The notes under the pieces: model-generated
Told to the model about the DNA's origin: nothing
Databases searched by the model: none
Seen by the model: the letters and a program-made list of their open reading frames with translations, nothing else
Part shown: in pieces, positions 28,786 through 38,195 of the stretch
How the letters are laid out: every line of letters starts with the position of its first letter
Position numbering within the stretch: the stretch's first letter is position 1
Made by a program: the position numbers and the translations under genes
DNA from: Armatimonadota bacterium
GTDB taxonomy: Bacteria; Armatimonadota; UBA5829; DTLH01
Length of the DNA: 64,000 nucleotides
Reading direction: 5' to 3'
Assembly: GCA_038207085.1 (NCBI GenBank)
Contig: JBBRAE010000002.1
Coordinates: 64,001 to 128,000, forward strand

Positions 28786-31467
28786 CTACTTTTCAAAACC
28801 CGCGGCTATCAGCGCAATGTCATCTTTGAGATCACACTGCGCATAGTCACTTGTCTCTCGGCAGACGGTCTCGGCCATCTCAATCGGCCCCAAGCCCGCG
28901 TTATCAAACAAAATATCCTCAAGCCCCTCTATACCAAGCATCGACCCCTGCCTCTTTGCCTCTATTACCCCGTCAGTGTACAACAGAAGTGAGCTACCGG
29001 GTTCCAGCCGGATCTTTCTGTCCTGGTAACAGCATTCTTCCGTTGCGCCGATCGGCATTCCCGTGCGATAAAGGTGGATCAGCTGCTTTCCCTCCCTCGC
29101 GATGACGATCCCAGGAGGGTGCCCGCCGTTTGCGTATGTCATCCAGCCGGTCTCGGGGTCGATCACCGCGCAAAAGACAGTGACAAGCACGTGCCCGTCG
29201 GAGTAGTTGATCGCGGCCTTGTTCAGCAGGTCAAGCGCGGAGGCGGGCGAGTCCGGCCACTGGTATAGGAACCCACGGAGCATGTAGCGCACCATCGCCG
29301 TATGCACCGCGGCTCGGATCCCCTTGCCGGCGACGTCTGCGACCACAAGGGCGACCTTGCCGTTAGCAAGGGTAACGACATCATAGAGGTCGCCGCCCAC
29401 GCTTGCTTCGTCGAGTGCGGGTATATACTTGTGGCCGAAAGTGAGCCTGCCGATCCGCGCCGGCACGTCGCCCTTCAGTGTGTCCTGCAGGGTTTCGGCG
29501 ATCTGATACTCGCGCCCAAAGAGTTTGGCGTTTGCGATAACCGCGGCTGCGTGGCTTGCGATCGATGCAAGTAGGTGGACCTCGAGCCCACGACCCGTGT
29601 AAGGCTCGGCCATCCAGACATTGATCGTGCCGATGGCGTCGTTTGCCGCAAGCAGAGGCGAGCACATAAACCCTCGCAGGCCCTCCATCTCAACTTCCTC
29701 GCGCAGTCGCAGGTCGGCGTCCGAGCAGATATCTTCGCGCACGATCGTTCTTTTCTCGGAAAATGCCACTCCCGTCCAGGGCTCTCCGGGGGTGATGTTC
29801 AGCTTGTCGCGGAAGTCTTTGCTCAGGTTAAAAGCCTCGGCGACGGCGAGTTGGCCGTTCTGGTCCGAGAGCAGGATCGCGCATGCTTTGGCATGCATCA
29901 CCTCACAGGTGGTTTTGACGAGCGCGTGAAGCACCTGTTTCAGGTCAAGGGATGAGGATATTGCCTCTGTAACCCGGCGATGCGAGTTCAGCATCTTCAT
30001 AAAGTCTTCGGTGCGCCCGTGGATATAGGCGTTGTGCAGAGCGATTCCGGCAAGCGATGCAAACGTTTCCAGCAGTTCAAGCCTGTTCTTTAGCTCTGTA
30101 TCCCAGGCCTCCCCCGGAGTAAGAGTCGCTGCAAGCACTCCGACACGCGCGTTGCCGACCACCAATGGCAGCGCAACCGCAGTAGACTCCTGCACGCCGC
30201 CGGGGTAGGCGATCGTAGAGGGTATCGAAAGAGCGCTTGGAGAAGTGAACGCATGCTCTGCAAGTCGGGTAAGTGAGGTGGAGGCGTGAACCTCTGTGCC
30301 CGCTTCGACGGGAACCGGTTCGAGTTTATCGGTCAGGTCGTTTCGCCCGAACACCACGACCTCGGTTGCGTGGAAGTGCTGGCTCAGGGCGTCAGTTATG
30401 GACTTTGCGACCCGTGTTACGTCGAGGCTTGATGTGATCGTTCCTGCGAGCTCGAAAAGCGTCTGCTGGACGCGGGTTTTGGTGCGCAGGTCCCGTTCGT
30501 GCTGCTCCAGGTTTTCGGCCATGGTGTTGAAACTCTGGGCAAGGGATTGCAACTCGTCGCCGGTGTTGATTACCACCCGTCGCCTGAGGTCGCCCACCGC
30601 AACGGCCGCTGCGGCCCGCGAGAGCTTTCTGATCGGGTTTGCGATGTGCTTTCCCATCATAAGGGCTAGCATCGCCGCTGCAAGGGACGTTATAATCGCG
30701 CGCGGCAGCCACTCCTGGTTGCTCTCGCCGATCGCGTTTCCGTAGTCGTGTGCGACAACCCGCCAGTCGGCGCTTCTCAGCCGAACCGTCATCTCGCTCT
30801 CTTCAGGAGTGGAGACCAGTGCGCTTGCTGCGGCCACAGGTCGCCCCGGACTTTTCGGGCCGATCTCGCAGACAGCGTCACCGTTGGCGTCAACTACCCG
30901 GACAACACTATTTCGCCCCACAGTATTCTTGATGGCGGTGAGTACAGCCTCACTCGATACCACCGCATAAGCGACTACAGCGTCCTTTCCCGGGGCTGAA
31001 ACCGGAGCGCTGACCACGAATATACGTGTGTTGCCTTCGGTTACAACGGGGGATACGGTAGGTTCAGTCGCAAGTTCGGGGCCGGCGAGGTGTTGATCTA
31101 TGGGTTTCCCACTGTTTGCGGTTGTGGAGCTAACAGGTTTCTCCCGGGTGTCGATAAGGCCAGCGTTTATCCAATCCGGATGCACAGCAAGCAGGGCTTT
31201 GAGGACGCTTTTTCGGTGTTTCGGTGTTCGATTGTCTTCTGAAGCCCAGGCGCTTGTTAGCTCGACTATGGTGTCTTTCAGCGTGTCGTCAGCGGCAGCC
31301 GCTGCCGCATGAGTCACGCTCGCCTGCAAGGCGAGCGTGAGCCGCTGCCTGCTGCGGTAGCTCTCGAGGAATGCCGCATACTGATATGCCATCGCAAGCA
31401 GGAACACCGCCAGTATCGCAACAAGAAGTTTGCCCGTAATGCTTCGAAGGCGTATAAATCCGCTCAA
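28786..31467 (-). CDS. membrane sensor PP2C phosphatase (TM-HAMP-GAF-GAF-SpoIIE/RsbU)
   Basis: Two TMs, HAMP (DELQSLAQSFNTMA), VGGDLYD, ADVAGKG, YANGGHPP, LYTDGV, DDIA. Confidence 0.9.
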   Translation of the reverse strand: MSGFIRLRSITGKLLVAILAVFLLAMAYQYAAFLESYRSRQRLTLALQASVTHAAAAAADDTLKDTIVELTSAWASEDNRTPKHRKSVLKALLAVHPDWINAGLIDTREKPVSSTTANSGKPIDQHLAGPELATEPTVSPVVTEGNTRIFVVSAPVSAPGKDAVVAYAVVSSEAVLTAIKNTVGRNSVVRVVDANGDAVCEIGPKSPGRPVAAASALVSTPEESEMTVRLRSADWRVVAHDYGNAIGESNQEWLPRAIITSLAAAMLALMMGKHIANPIRKLSRAAAAVAVGDLRRRVVINTGDELQSLAQSFNTMAENLEQHERDLRTKTRVQQTLFELAGTITSSLDVTRVAKSITDALSQHFHATEVVVFGRNDLTDKLEPVPVEAGTEVHASTSLTRLAEHAFTSPSALSIPSTIAYPGGVQESTAVALPLVVGNARVGVLAATLTPGEAWDTELKNRLELLETFASLAGIALHNAYIHGRTEDFMKMLNSHRRVTEAISSSLDLKQVLHALVKTTCEVMHAKACAILLSDQNGQLAVAEAFNLSKDFRDKLNITPGEPWTGVAFSEKRTIVREDICSDADLRLREEVEMEGLRGFMCSPLLAANDAIGTINVWMAEPYTGRGLEVHLLASIASHAAAVIANAKLFGREYQIAETLQDTLKGDVPARIGRLTFGHKYIPALDEASVGGDLYDVVTLANGKVALVVADVAGKGIRAAVHTAMVRYMLRGFLYQWPDSPASALDLLNKAAINYSDGHVLVTVFCAVIDPETGWMTYANGGHPPGIVIAREGKQLIHLYRTGMPIGATEECCYQDRKIRLEPGSSLLLYTDGVIEAKRQGSMLGIEGLEDILFDNAGLGPIEMAETVCRETSDYAQCDLKDDIALIAAGFEK

Positions 31468-31661
31468 CAGCTATCATCCTTGGGGCAACCGCCACGTAAT
31501 TATGTCAGTCCGGCTCTGCCACTGGAGTATACACCAGCTTGTAAGCTATGTCAACGACTGGGTGCGGATTTTTATAAAAAAGAATGATTAATTGCGAAAC
31601 GTGACGAAGTGTGTCCTGTTGACAGATGCGTGCGATTGCGACTTGCGAGCCAGAAGCTAAG

Positions 31662-31706
31662 AGGCCGCAAGCAGCGGCGCATCTTGCACGCGGCTGCTTG
31701 CGGCCT
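31662..31706. terminator. 14-bp stem hairpin downstream of the PfpI gene
   Basis: AGGCCGCAAGCAGC...GCTGCTTGCGGCCT; no clear U tract. Confidence 0.45.
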
Positions 31707-31739
31707 GCCGGGCATGTCTGATATGCTCGACCGCTCCGC

Positions 31740-32321
31740 TCAGATCGACTGTGCCGAAACTTTCTTTGCGGGCTTTCTACCCTGAGAAAAGAGTTCTATC
31801 ATATTTTTGTTGAACGCGGGTATATCCTGCGGGCCGCGGCTAGTCACCCAATTGTCATCTACCACGGACTCCTGGTCCACCCAGTTGCCCCCCGCGTTCT
31901 TTACGTCGTCGCGAATCGAGGGCCAGCTTGTAAGCGTCCGCCCCCGCACTAGTCCGGCGGAAATGAGCGTCCAGGGAGCATGACATATCGCTGCGATGGG
32001 TTTTCCTGACTCGTCGAAATCACTGACGAACTGCCTGGCTTGCTCGTTTACGCGAAGCTGGTCGGGGTTTAGCGCGCCTCCGGGGAGAAGAAGCGCATCA
32101 AAATCGGAGGCCTTTGCCTGTTCGAGCTCCATATCTACAGGGAACATGTCGGCCTTTTCGATGTGGTTCAATCCCTGTACCATGTGTTTTTCGGGCGAGA
32201 CGAGCACTGTCATGGCGCCAGCCTGTTGCAGTGCCTTGCGCGGCTCGACCATTTCTACCTGCTCAAAATCGTTCGCGACAAGAATCGCCACTTTCTTGCC
32301 GTCGATGTTGTTTTCTGCCAT
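31740..32321 (-). CDS. PfpI/DJ-1 family (type 1 glutamine amidotransferase-like) general stress protein
   Basis: FEQVEM, LLLPGGALNPDQLR, AAICHAPW, TSRGPQD. Confidence 0.92.
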   Translation of the reverse strand: MAENNIDGKKVAILVANDFEQVEMVEPRKALQQAGAMTVLVSPEKHMVQGLNHIEKADMFPVDMELEQAKASDFDALLLPGGALNPDQLRVNEQARQFVSDFDESGKPIAAICHAPWTLISAGLVRGRTLTSWPSIRDDVKNAGGNWVDQESVVDDNWVTSRGPQDIPAFNKNMIELFSQGRKPAKKVSAQSI

Positions 32322-32362
32322 TGGTGTCCTCCACTTGTCGACTTGGTGTTCCAAATGGCTCG

Positions 32363-32389
32363 TTACCCCACGGGGTGTAGCCGGGAAAC
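32363..32389 (-). promoter_or_regulatory. SigB/SigF-type promoter of the PfpI gene
   Basis: GTTT-N17-GGGTAA, about 40 nt upstream of ATG. Confidence 0.7.
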
Positions 32390-32550
32390 ATTTGCGGGTA
32401 AATAGTGGGGCATTATGGGCCAAAACAATCAAGGCGTATTGCCTTTTTGTGGAAAACCTGATATAGTGTTTCGGTTAGGCTTTCCCAGTCGGGGGGCTTG
32501 AGACAATTTTTATCTAACCAAGATATTGCAAGATCGGGGGTGACACGTAG

Positions 32551-32820
32551 TTGCCGAACATTAAATCGGTTAAAAAGGACGTCAAGAAGTCGCGAGAGAA
32601 TCGCCTGCGCAACCTGGCTGTGAAGTCTTCAATCAAGACTTACACCAAGAGTGCTAAGACTGCCATTCTGGCAGGTAATGAGAACGTGGCTTCCGTCGTA
32701 TCGACGGCCGTTAGCGTGATCGACAAGGCTGCTGAGAAAGGCATTATTCATAAGAATGCCGCAGCGCGCCGCAAGTCGAGACTAATGAAAAAAGCAGCCA
32801 AGGCCGCAGCAAGCGCCTAG
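32551..32820 (+). CDS. rpsT: 30S ribosomal protein S20
   Basis: MPNIKS..., IDKAAEKGIIHKNAAARRKSRL. Confidence 0.97.
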   Translation: MPNIKSVKKDVKKSRENRLRNLAVKSSIKTYTKSAKTAILAGNENVASVVSTAVSVIDKAAEKGIIHKNAAARRKSRLMKKAAKAAASA

Positions 32821-32897
32821 CCTGCATTATTCACGAGTAGCGTGAATAATGCTTTGCCAGCGAGAGCTTTATTCGCTTCATGAATAAAGCGGGCTAG
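32817..32897 (+). repeat. MITE/REP-like element, full copy 5
   Basis: Begins at the rpsT TAG stop and ends GGGC-TAG. Confidence 0.9.
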
Positions 32898-32942
32898 TGC
32901 AAGGCTTTTAGCAGAATGCCGATTTAAGGGACGGTGAAATAC

Positions 32943-34046
32943 TCACCGCCCCTTTTTGGCGTTTGTTCTGGTGCTGAGCTGGATTATCAGCAGTTCCATC
33001 GCAAGCCCCGGGTCGTTTACGTCGCCTTCAATCCCCTTTAGCGCAAGATCAACCCCCGCAATTCGCTCAAATGCCTCCGCAAGCTCCGGGAGCGAGAAGT
33101 TGCGCGCCTGCTGGACCATCTTATCGGTCTTCCACTTCTGTTCTTTCAGGATACTTGCGTCTTTGGGGAGGATCGCTTCAAGCTGCGGCGGGATCGACCC
33201 AGCCATAAACACCTTGCACCCCGCGTCCGAGAGCATTCGCGCCTGCCAGAGCATCCGAAAGTGCCGAGCGAGCATCGTCAGCGTCCGAAGCGCGGGGCCC
33301 TCTACTCGCCCGCCTCCCCCGTAGAGGAGCGGGCGCAGAAGGCCGAGCGCATCGGAGGCGCGTTTGCTTCCGACGGCGTCGATCATCGCGAAAATCTTCT
33401 CTTCCACCGTCTGGGTCGTCACCTCTTCGACGTCCTCATCGACGATCGTTTTGCGCTCCCCCGTGTAGCTGACGAGCTTTTCGATCTCCGAGCCGAGCAC
33501 GCCGAGGTCGGTCCCTGACCTGTGAACGAGTGTAGCTGCTGCGGTCGATGAGATCGCCTTGCCGGCCGACTTCACCATCTCCATAACAGTCGGTATAGCC
33601 GCCTGGTCTTTCATCAGCGGGAAATCGACCACTTTGCCAAGTTTTTTGACCACCGGGAGCAGCTCTTTGTGGAGTTCTGAGCCGCTCTTGGGTCTGCCGT
33701 CCTTGATCTCCGGGGCTGGGCAGATGAGGATGACGCAGGCCGATGCCGGGATGCGGTCGAGCTTGGTCGCAAGCGCCTGCTGCTCATTCGATGGTATCTC
33801 GTTTGCCTGGAAGACGACGAGCACCCGTCGGGCCGAGGCGATAGGCGGGACGATCGAGGCCGTCAGCAGCCTGTCGGCGGTCACGTCGGGTCCGTAGAGC
33901 GACTCCAGGTCAAAATCTCGGAAGTCTGGATCGGTGAGCGCACCCGTCAGCTTTTCGACGGCTTTGCGTTTCTGCGCGTCGTCTGCTCCGTGATAAAGTA
34001 TGATCCGGTCGGACTTTTCAATTTTTCCAGCGGCTTTAGGTGTCAT
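32943..34046 (-). CDS. holA: DNA polymerase III delta subunit
   Basis: LYHGAD, PPIASARRVLVV, SEIEKL, IFAMIDA; convergent with rpsT, a common arrangement. Confidence 0.9.
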   Translation of the reverse strand: MTPKAAGKIEKSDRIILYHGADDAQKRKAVEKLTGALTDPDFRDFDLESLYGPDVTADRLLTASIVPPIASARRVLVVFQANEIPSNEQQALATKLDRIPASACVILICPAPEIKDGRPKSGSELHKELLPVVKKLGKVVDFPLMKDQAAIPTVMEMVKSAGKAISSTAAATLVHRSGTDLGVLGSEIEKLVSYTGERKTIVDEDVEEVTTQTVEEKIFAMIDAVGSKRASDALGLLRPLLYGGGGRVEGPALRTLTMLARHFRMLWQARMLSDAGCKVFMAGSIPPQLEAILPKDASILKEQKWKTDKMVQQARNFSLPELAEAFERIAGVDLALKGIEGDVNDPGLAMELLIIQLSTRTNAKKGR

Positions 34047-34197
34047 GTCCCTACATTATCGCACTGTGGGCCGCCAGTTTCAAGCTTGTGCACACATATC
34101 CTGATTTTTGTGGTCTATCAAAGCAGAAATGCCGCGTGCGGATACTTCGGCGAAAGGCTTGCCAATGCCGAATAACCAAGTTAGCCCGACACCAAAG

Positions 34198-34251
34198 TTG
34201 ACCGAGGGGTATTTGATGGGTATACTATACTCGATCTATACGGTCGGGTTA
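34198..34251 (+). promoter_or_regulatory. sigma70 promoter with overlapping Rrf2/IscR-like operator
   Basis: TTGACC-N17-TATACT followed by imperfect palindrome ATACTCGATC-TATAC-GGTCGGGTTA. Confidence 0.55.
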
Positions 34252-34265
34252 CTAGGAATACAGAT

Positions 34266-34715
34266 ATGAACTTCACAGCCAAAGAGGACTACGGCATCCG
34301 CGCCGTGCTTGATATTGCGACCAACCGGGCCCACGCCCCGATCCAGGCCCGCGAGATTGCCGCTCGTCAGCACATCCCCGAGCAGTTTTTGGAGCAGGTC
34401 CTTGCGACGCTTCGGCGCGCGGGGGTCGTCCGAAGCACAAGGGGGGCCGCCGGAGGTTACGATCTGGCAAAACCCGCGCACCAGACCACAGTGGGCGAAA
34501 TCATCCGCGCTCTCTCTGGCCCGATAGTCCCGGTGCAGTGTGTAAACGAGGACGACTTCGCAAAGTGCGACTCCCAGGGATCCTGCACCGTCTCGATCTT
34601 CTGGTGCAATCTGAAACAGGCGATAGAATCGGTCGTCGACGGCACTACGGTCCAGGATCTGGTCGACAAGCAGGTGGACGTGAAGAGCGCTCAGAGCTTT
34701 ATGATGAATATCTGA
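34266..34715 (+). CDS. Rrf2 family transcriptional regulator (IscR/CymR-like, three Cys)
   Basis: FLEQVLATLRRAGVVRSTRGAAGGY; C-X8-C-X5-C. Confidence 0.92.
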   Translation: MNFTAKEDYGIRAVLDIATNRAHAPIQAREIAARQHIPEQFLEQVLATLRRAGVVRSTRGAAGGYDLAKPAHQTTVGEIIRALSGPIVPVQCVNEDDFAKCDSQGSCTVSIFWCNLKQAIESVVDGTTVQDLVDKQVDVKSAQSFMMNI

Positions 34716-34788
34716 TTGGGGACGAATGTCCCCAAAACCCGGCCCGGCAGGAATCTACCGGGCCATCGTCGTTCAGCTCTCGTCCATA

Positions 34789-35646
34789 TTAAGTCCCGAC
34801 GACACTTAGTTCTGCGGCCCTGAGTGTGACTTCAACCGTGCCGTCGCTCCCAATAGTCGACTTCTCGCTCTCCGGCAGGTCTCCTTCGGTCGGAATCATC
34901 TCCGGATAGGCGAAGTCGGGGTTGCCCTTAAGAAGCGCCGGGTCCTCCGATGAGTAGTTGTGGTAGCTGTAGACTACGTCGAGGTCAGCAAACGCCTCGG
35001 CGCAGATTCGCATCCGCTCAACCCTGATCGGGTGCCCCCAGACGGTGTCGGCGACGACCAGCTTGACCTCCGGGTAGAGCCCGCGCTCCTTGAGTAGGCT
35101 GTAAGCCTCACGGTTGATTCGGACGTAATCCTCAAAGGGTGGCTGCGTGTCGACCTGCGGTCCGAATATCCTTCTGGCAAGGGGTGAATCGTGGGGATAC
35201 ATGCCATCGGGCTCGTTGTAGAGCGTGAGCCACGCAAGCCCGGCTATCCCCTCAACCTCCCGCAGATGCTCGAACAGTCCGATCATCGCCCGCACAAGCG
35301 GCGAGGCGTCAGGCACTGCAGGCGGCTGAGGCATGAATAGCACGAGGTTAAGCTTGGTCCCGATATCATCGAGTAGCCGGAGTTGGCGCAGGAGGTGGGC
35401 GAAGTATGGCCCGTCCCAGACGAACGTCTCCCCATCAAAGGACGGGTTGAACCAAGAGACGTCGACAAATAGCCTTGAGATCGCCGGTCTAAGCTCCCGA
35501 GTGCGCCGATCGATCAGCGCGAGGTCACTCTCATCGACGCCGCATGTTCGATTGGTGTCGTCAAAGATATAGCAGTCCGCCTCCGCGCCGATTCCGCGGA
35601 AAGGCTGGCAAGTGACGGGCATTGTGGTTATCAAGAGTTCGTTCAT
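34789..35646 (-). pseudogene. clan GH-A glycoside hydrolase, apparently internally deleted
   Basis: TLYNEPD acid/base motif and YSYHNY strand, then a jump to a C-terminal beta tail with no nucleophile strand. Confidence 0.5.
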
Positions 35647-35671
35647 CTGGACCTTCCATCGCACCTTGATG

Positions 35672-36439
35672 CTAAGTGCCGGGATCGATGTCCTTAGTTC
35701 CCATCAAGAGCATTCGCACGTTGATCAAATCTTCCTCGGTGTCTACTCCTACGGGCGAAAAATCGCTTTCGATCATTTTGATGTTCCAGCCGTTTTCGAG
35801 CGCGCGGAGCTGTTCCAGCGATTCTGCGACCTCAAGCTGCGTCGGCGCGAGCTCGCTGAATGCTCGGAGCGAGGCCACCGAGTAGCCGTAGAGACCGATG
35901 TGGCCGTAGGTGACGAGTCCCGGGCTTTCGGTTCGCACGTAGGGGATCGGCGAGCGCGAGAAGTAGAGGGCTCGGTTCGATCTGTCGACTACGACTTTTA
36001 CCAGGTTCGGGTCGGCGGCCTGCTCGCGGGTGATCGGGCGCATCATGCTTACCATCTCAGGGGCGTCCGGGGCAAGAAGCGGGCTGATCAGGCTGTCGAT
36101 CGCCTCGGACGGGATCAAGGGCTCGTCGCCCTGAACGTTTAGCACTATGTCTGAGTCAGAAAGCGACTGCGAAGCCTCAGCCAGGCGGTCGGTGCCGGAG
36201 CGGTGTTCGTTTGACGTGTAGACGGCCTTGCCGCCGAATCCCGCGACTGCATCTATTACCTTCTGGTCGGGGGTCGCGACAAGCACTTCGCTTACCCTCG
36301 CCGCGCCCATCGCGCGCTCGTAGACGCGTTGGATCATGGGTTTGCCGCAGATGTCTGCGAGGGGTTTCCCCGGAAGCCGGGTCGATGCCATTCGGGCGGG
36401 GATGATCACTACAACCCGCCGTGCGCTCTTAACTGCCAT
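35672..36439 (-). CDS. kdsB: 3-deoxy-manno-octulosonate cytidylyltransferase
   Basis: IPARMASTRLPGKPL, SGTDR, NVQGDEP, ALYFSRSPIP, ESLEQLRALE. Confidence 0.96.
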   Translation of the reverse strand: MAVKSARRVVVIIPARMASTRLPGKPLADICGKPMIQRVYERAMGAARVSEVLVATPDQKVIDAVAGFGGKAVYTSNEHRSGTDRLAEASQSLSDSDIVLNVQGDEPLIPSEAIDSLISPLLAPDAPEMVSMMRPITREQAADPNLVKVVVDRSNRALYFSRSPIPYVRTESPGLVTYGHIGLYGYSVASLRAFSELAPTQLEVAESLEQLRALENGWNIKMIESDFSPVGVDTEEDLINVRMLLMGTKDIDPGT

Positions 36440-36917
36440 ACGTTTCGTTTATCCTATTCACAAGATTTGTGGTCGATTTGCCCTCGACAAAGGGGATGAT
36501 TGCGATTCTTCCCCCGCCCGCGCGCACCACCTCGGCCTCGGGGAGGTCGTCTTCCTTGTAGTCGCCGCCTTTGACGTGCACACTTGGCGTGAGCTCTCTG
36601 ATAAGCTCGATTGGGGTCTCTTCGCCGAAGATCGTGACAAAGTCGACGAACCAGAGCGCCCCGAGCACTTCCGCGCGTTCGTCCTCTGATACCAGCGGTC
36701 TGCTCTGGCCCTTCAGCCGCCTGACGCTTGCGTCGGAGTTCAGTCCCACGACGAGCACATCGCCGAGCGCGCGCGCAGCTTCGAGGTAACGCACGTGGCC
36801 GACGTGGAGGATGTCGAAGCACCCGTTGGTGAAGACCACCCGTTTGCCTTCGCGCTTAAGCTCTGAAACAATGGTCGCGAGCTCACTTCGGTTCTTGACC
36901 TTGGAAAGCGATGTCAT
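36429..36917 (-). CDS. rfaE2: D-glycero-beta-D-manno-heptose 1-phosphate adenylyltransferase
   Basis: FTNGCFDILHVGHVRYL, GLNSDASV, VKGGDY. Confidence 0.93.
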   Translation of the reverse strand: MTSLSKVKNRSELATIVSELKREGKRVVFTNGCFDILHVGHVRYLEAARALGDVLVVGLNSDASVRRLKGQSRPLVSEDERAEVLGALWFVDFVTIFGEETPIELIRELTPSVHVKGGDYKEDDLPEAEVVRAGGGRIAIIPFVEGKSTTNLVNRINETYGS

Positions 36918-37561
36918 CGGCTAATTTGAACCTTTCCTACAACTTTTTCTATCTCTTCTATGGCAAGCGAGCCCACTCGCAGTATTCTCGGCGGGTCGAC
37001 GGTCACATCTACCACAGTAGAGGCCTCCCCAAGCTCACACGGCCCTGCGTCAAGGACGATCTCGACCGACTCGCCGATCTGGGCGACCGCGTCCGCCGCA
37101 GTGGTAGGTGCGACCCCGCCGGATATGTTCGCGCTCGTTGCGACGATCGGGCAGCCAAACTCCCACAGGAGTTGCAGCGCGACCTTGTGCCTGGGCATCC
37201 GCACGCCGATCGTCGGCCCGTTTGCTGCAACGATCTCGGGGATATCGGCGTGTTTCTCCATTATAAGCGTAAGCGGCCCCGGAAAGAACCTGTCTACGAG
37301 CTTCTGTCCCACTGAGGGAACGCTTCGGGCGACCTTTTTGATGTCGCGCTTCTCGCCGATCTGCACGGGTAGCGCCTCTGTAAACATTCGACGTTTGGCC
37401 GCAAAAACCTTCGCCGCCGCCCCTGCGTCAAACGCGCTTGCGGCGAGACCGTAGACGGTCTCGGTAGGGAATATCACGAGCTTTCCCGCTCGAAGCGCCG
37501 AGGCCGCGCGTTTGATCGCCTCCTGGTCTATCTGGTCCGGATCGATTTTGTAAATTACCAT
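36914..37561 (-). CDS. tsaC: L-threonylcarbamoyladenylate synthase (TsaC/Sua5 domain)
   Basis: FPTETVYGL, PGPLT, TSANISG, STVVD. Confidence 0.92.
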   Translation of the reverse strand: MVIYKIDPDQIDQEAIKRAASALRAGKLVIFPTETVYGLAASAFDAGAAAKVFAAKRRMFTEALPVQIGEKRDIKKVARSVPSVGQKLVDRFFPGPLTLIMEKHADIPEIVAANGPTIGVRMPRHKVALQLLWEFGCPIVATSANISGGVAPTTAADAVAQIGESVEIVLDAGPCELGEASTVVDVTVDPPRILRVGSLAIEEIEKVVGKVQISR

Positions 37562-37664
37562 AGCTGAAAACACCTTGTTATGGATATCCCGCAGGGTGAA
37601 ACTAATCTAAACGGGAGGAGAAAAAGTGGTCGAGATAGTGTCAATTCGTCGCGATGCACTGATT

Positions 37665-37692
37665 ATTCGACTTGTTACAATGAGATTCCTTC
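37665..37692 (-). promoter_or_regulatory. sigmaH-type promoter facing tsaC-rfaE2-kdsB
   Basis: GAAGGAATC-N12-GTCGAAT versus B. subtilis consensus RNAGGAWWW-N11/12-RNNGAAT. Confidence 0.55.
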
Positions 37693-37817
37693 CTCCAAAT
37701 GGGTACGTTCACAAAAACTTTAGCAAGTATTTTCGCTAAGTTTGGTCATTTGAGCGTGTAACCCGTTGTCAACGCCATTACTCCTGAGTTATAATCAGGC
37801 CGGAGGAGAACGCAGCC

Positions 37818-38195
37818 GTGAATACTGAACTTGAGAAACTTGATACAATTCGCAGTCGGATGGACGTTTCCTATGCGGTGGCGCGCGAGGCGCTTGAGGC
37901 CGCGGACGGCGATGCCATACAGGCGATTGTCGATATCGAGAGCCGTCAAGGGCAGCAGGGTGACCTGCTTTCGGTAGGCATCGAGCTTTTGGACGATGTT
38001 CAGAAGCTTGTAGAGGCGGGTGGAGCCAAGAAGGTCAAGCTGAAATTTGGTGAGAAGACCTTGGCCGAGTATCCCGTCGCGCTTACCGCAGCCGCTGCGT
38101 TCGTCCTTGGACTCGCAGCCGTGCTCGTCAGCAAGGCTTCCGTCGAGATCGAACGCGAGGATGTGGTTCTGGAAGGACAGTTCGAAGATGAGTAA
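37818..38195 (+). CDS. UBA-like/DUF4342 family protein
   Basis: KLDTIRSRMDVSYAVAREALEAADGD; hydrophobic C-terminal segment. Confidence 0.7.
   Translation: MNTELEKLDTIRSRMDVSYAVAREALEAADGDAIQAIVDIESRQGQQGDLLSVGIELLDDVQKLVEAGGAKKVKLKFGEKTLAEYPVALTAAAAFVLGLAAVLVSKASVEIEREDVVLEGQFEDE

Noticed and set aside
34197..34223. GTTG-N17-GGGTAT SigB-like promoter before the Rrf2 gene
   Set aside because: Better explained by the overlapping TTGACC-N17-TATACT sigma70 promoter
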